Positions 62,087-64,000 of a stretch of 64,000 nucleotides of DNA are shown here, piece after piece. Source of the DNA: Basidiobolus meristosporus CBS 931.73. Taxonomy: Eukaryota > Fungi > Basidiobolomycota. The position numbers and the translations under genes were made by a program. How positions within the stretch are numbered: position 1 is the stretch's first letter; each line of letters opens with the position of its first letter. Under the pieces are notes generated by a model. That model did no database searches, was not told the DNA's origin, and saw only the letters and a program-made list of their open reading frames with translations. Where the stretch lies: assembly GCA_002104905.1 (NCBI GenBank), contig MCFE01000067.1:62001-126000 (forward strand). The letters are read 5' to 3'.

Positions 62087-63440
62087 CTCAGTTTTAGCTT
62101 TGACAATTCTGGATGCAGGATCATTGATCCAAATGATGCCCATATTGCTCTGGGTATTTGAGATAAGAAACTATACAAGATAAATTCTATTTCATCATAT
62201 CTGGGAGCTAATAAAAGTGACTTAAATGAAGAAATGCCAATGCTTTGGCACAGGAGATTTGGTCACATTTATTTTGGTCAATACTGCAAAATAATCAAAG
62301 ATCAGCTAATTCTGGACTAAAAATTGATTTGGGCACTGTAATACATGCATATATGAACAACAGGCCAGACAGCTGTTCAAGAGCTCTGGGCTAATCAAAA
62401 TTATGTAGAAATTAGATCTAATCTCTCATATCTGTCTGAACCTATGCAAAATTTATTTTTAGGCCGGAAGAAGTATTTGATCACTTTTAATGAAAATTAT
62501 ACAAGATACATATAGGTCTACTTGATGGTGAGAATGAAAGAGGCTCTGTTCAAGCTCTGGGAGTTCAAAGCCATGGTGGAAAGAGAAACCAGTACAGAAA
62601 TTAAGATAATAAGCTCTGACAATGGTGGAGAATATTCCTCAAAACACCTCATCTACTTCTGCAAGATTCATGGGATAAATCAAGAGACTACTGTACTGTA
62701 CTTGCCACAGCAAAATGAAGTGGCAGAACATGCAAACTGATTAATGACTGATATGGCCAGACTTATGTTCCATAATCCAGTATTAGCTTATGATACTTGA
62801 GTGGAATCAGTTGCCACTGCTTTATACCCTAGAAATAGGAGTATAGCAGAATACCTTGTGATTCTACTCCATTTGGGCACTGTATGGATACAGACCATGT
62901 GCAGAACATCTAAGAGTGTTTGGGTGTACCGCATATGCCACAAAGCTGTCCAGTAATTGGTCAAAATCTGACCCAAGTAATGTAAAATGCATATTTTTGG
63001 GCTACTGCAATGGGAGTCAGGCAAACAGGCTCTACATTACCAAAGCAGAGAAGCTGATCAAGTACAGGGATGTATAATCTGATGAAAATCTGAAATTGGC
63101 ACAAAAAATTGCATCAGATGATGACAAAAATCTGATCTCAAGTCCACCAATAATCAGGATTGAATTAAAGCAATACAATGATAATCTTTTCACTCCAGAG
63201 GGCTCTACTGCCATGGTTCAGCCTAAGGCAGTGTCCAGGAATATCCCAGAAGTGATCATTCCTTTATCACAAAGTAGGAGATCCAACTAGACCAGAAATA
63301 GCCCAAATTACTATATCAATCAGGGCATAAACACTACCTATGCCTATTCAATCCATATTGATGAGCCACAGACTGTAAAAGAGGTGCTAAATAGCCTTCT
63401 GACAAGCCTTTGGAGACCTGCAATGACTAAGGAATATCAG
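62087..63440 (+). pseudogene. Copia family 2 pol remnant (GAG-pre-integrase, integrase, RT start)
   Basis: LWHRRFGH, IKIISSDNGGEYSS, PQQNEVAEHAN, EPQTVKEVL..W..AM.KEYQAL. Confidence 0.85.
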
Positions 63441-63444
63441 GCCC

Positions 63445-64000
63445 TGATACTTAGAATGTTTTCACCAAAATATCATGTACCCAGAACATGAAAATTTGAT
63501 AAGTAGTTCAAACAGCCCCAGACTTTGCACGCATACTCTTGGGACCTTTCTAAGCCTATTTTATGTGTTTGCTCTGCCAAGACCATGTAAAAGTATAAAT
63601 ACCACTATAACATTCAATAAATCATCAAGTGAAAACCACATAATCTACTTGTTCTCCCTATCACCTTCAATATAACCAAGACTCTTACCACAGATTATGA
63701 GCCCCAAGCTGTCACTCTCTGCAATGTCTACTACTGCTATTACTGGAATTCTTCCCTCTGCTGAAAAGTTGGATGGATCTAACTACCAAGTGTGGAAGGT
63801 GAAGATGTAGATGCTGTTACAAGAAAGAGACCTTTGGGATATTATCATGGGAGAAGAATGCCCTCATAAAAATGTGGGAGAGGAATTCTTTAAGTACCAG
63901 ACAAAAGAACAAAGTGCCCTTAACTGCATTTGCCTTAATGTCAAAGACAAACTAATTATTCAATGCTCAAGTGCAAAAATGGCAAAGAGGGCCTGGAAGA
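63445..64000 (+). mobile_element. Copia family 2 partial LTR (to 63692), PBS GATTATGAGCCC and gag start (ATG 63724), running off the window
   Basis: MSTTAITGILPSAEKLDGSNYQVWKVKM*MLLQERDLWDIIMGEE, a typical copia gag N-terminus. Confidence 0.85.

Noticed and set aside
3422-64000. Classical ascomycete RIP (CpA>TpA) as the stated cause of decay
   Set aside because: CpG loss dominates and CpA/TpG remain plentiful; the context spectrum needs computation before naming a mechanism.

Overview
Eukaryotic, most likely fungal, DNA in two sharply different parts. (1) 1-3.4 kb is normal CpG-containing sequence with four intact, intronless CsbD-like/Hmp1-like small genes (95-96 aa). Two of them form a near-identical head-to-head pair, and all four share a promoter motif. 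(2) 3.4-64 kb is almost CpG-free and made entirely of degenerate, nested transposons; I found no intact host gene there. The families are: a CACTA/CMC-type (Transposase_21) family with CCCTA termini, 3-bp TSDs and a divergently oriented second ORF; two Ty1/copia families; a Ty3/gypsy family; a 1.07-kb solo-LTR family; and a PHIS (PIF/Harbinger-type, ANT TSD, Pangu-like) transposon with a Myb/SANT-like ORF. Target-site duplications read by eye resolve up to six nesting levels, with one outer CACTA copy inflated to about 36 kb (15674-52031). The most notable details: a 733-bp foldback MITE inserted into the Myb ORF of an element of its own family; CpG retained in that ORF only; a 566-bp 100%-identical inverted patch that looks like one-sided ectopic gene conversion between two solo LTRs; and a BED-finger-like filler inside a copia element. 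All alignments were done by eye and no database search was run. The species cannot be determined. Junction coordinates without a TSD are approximate.
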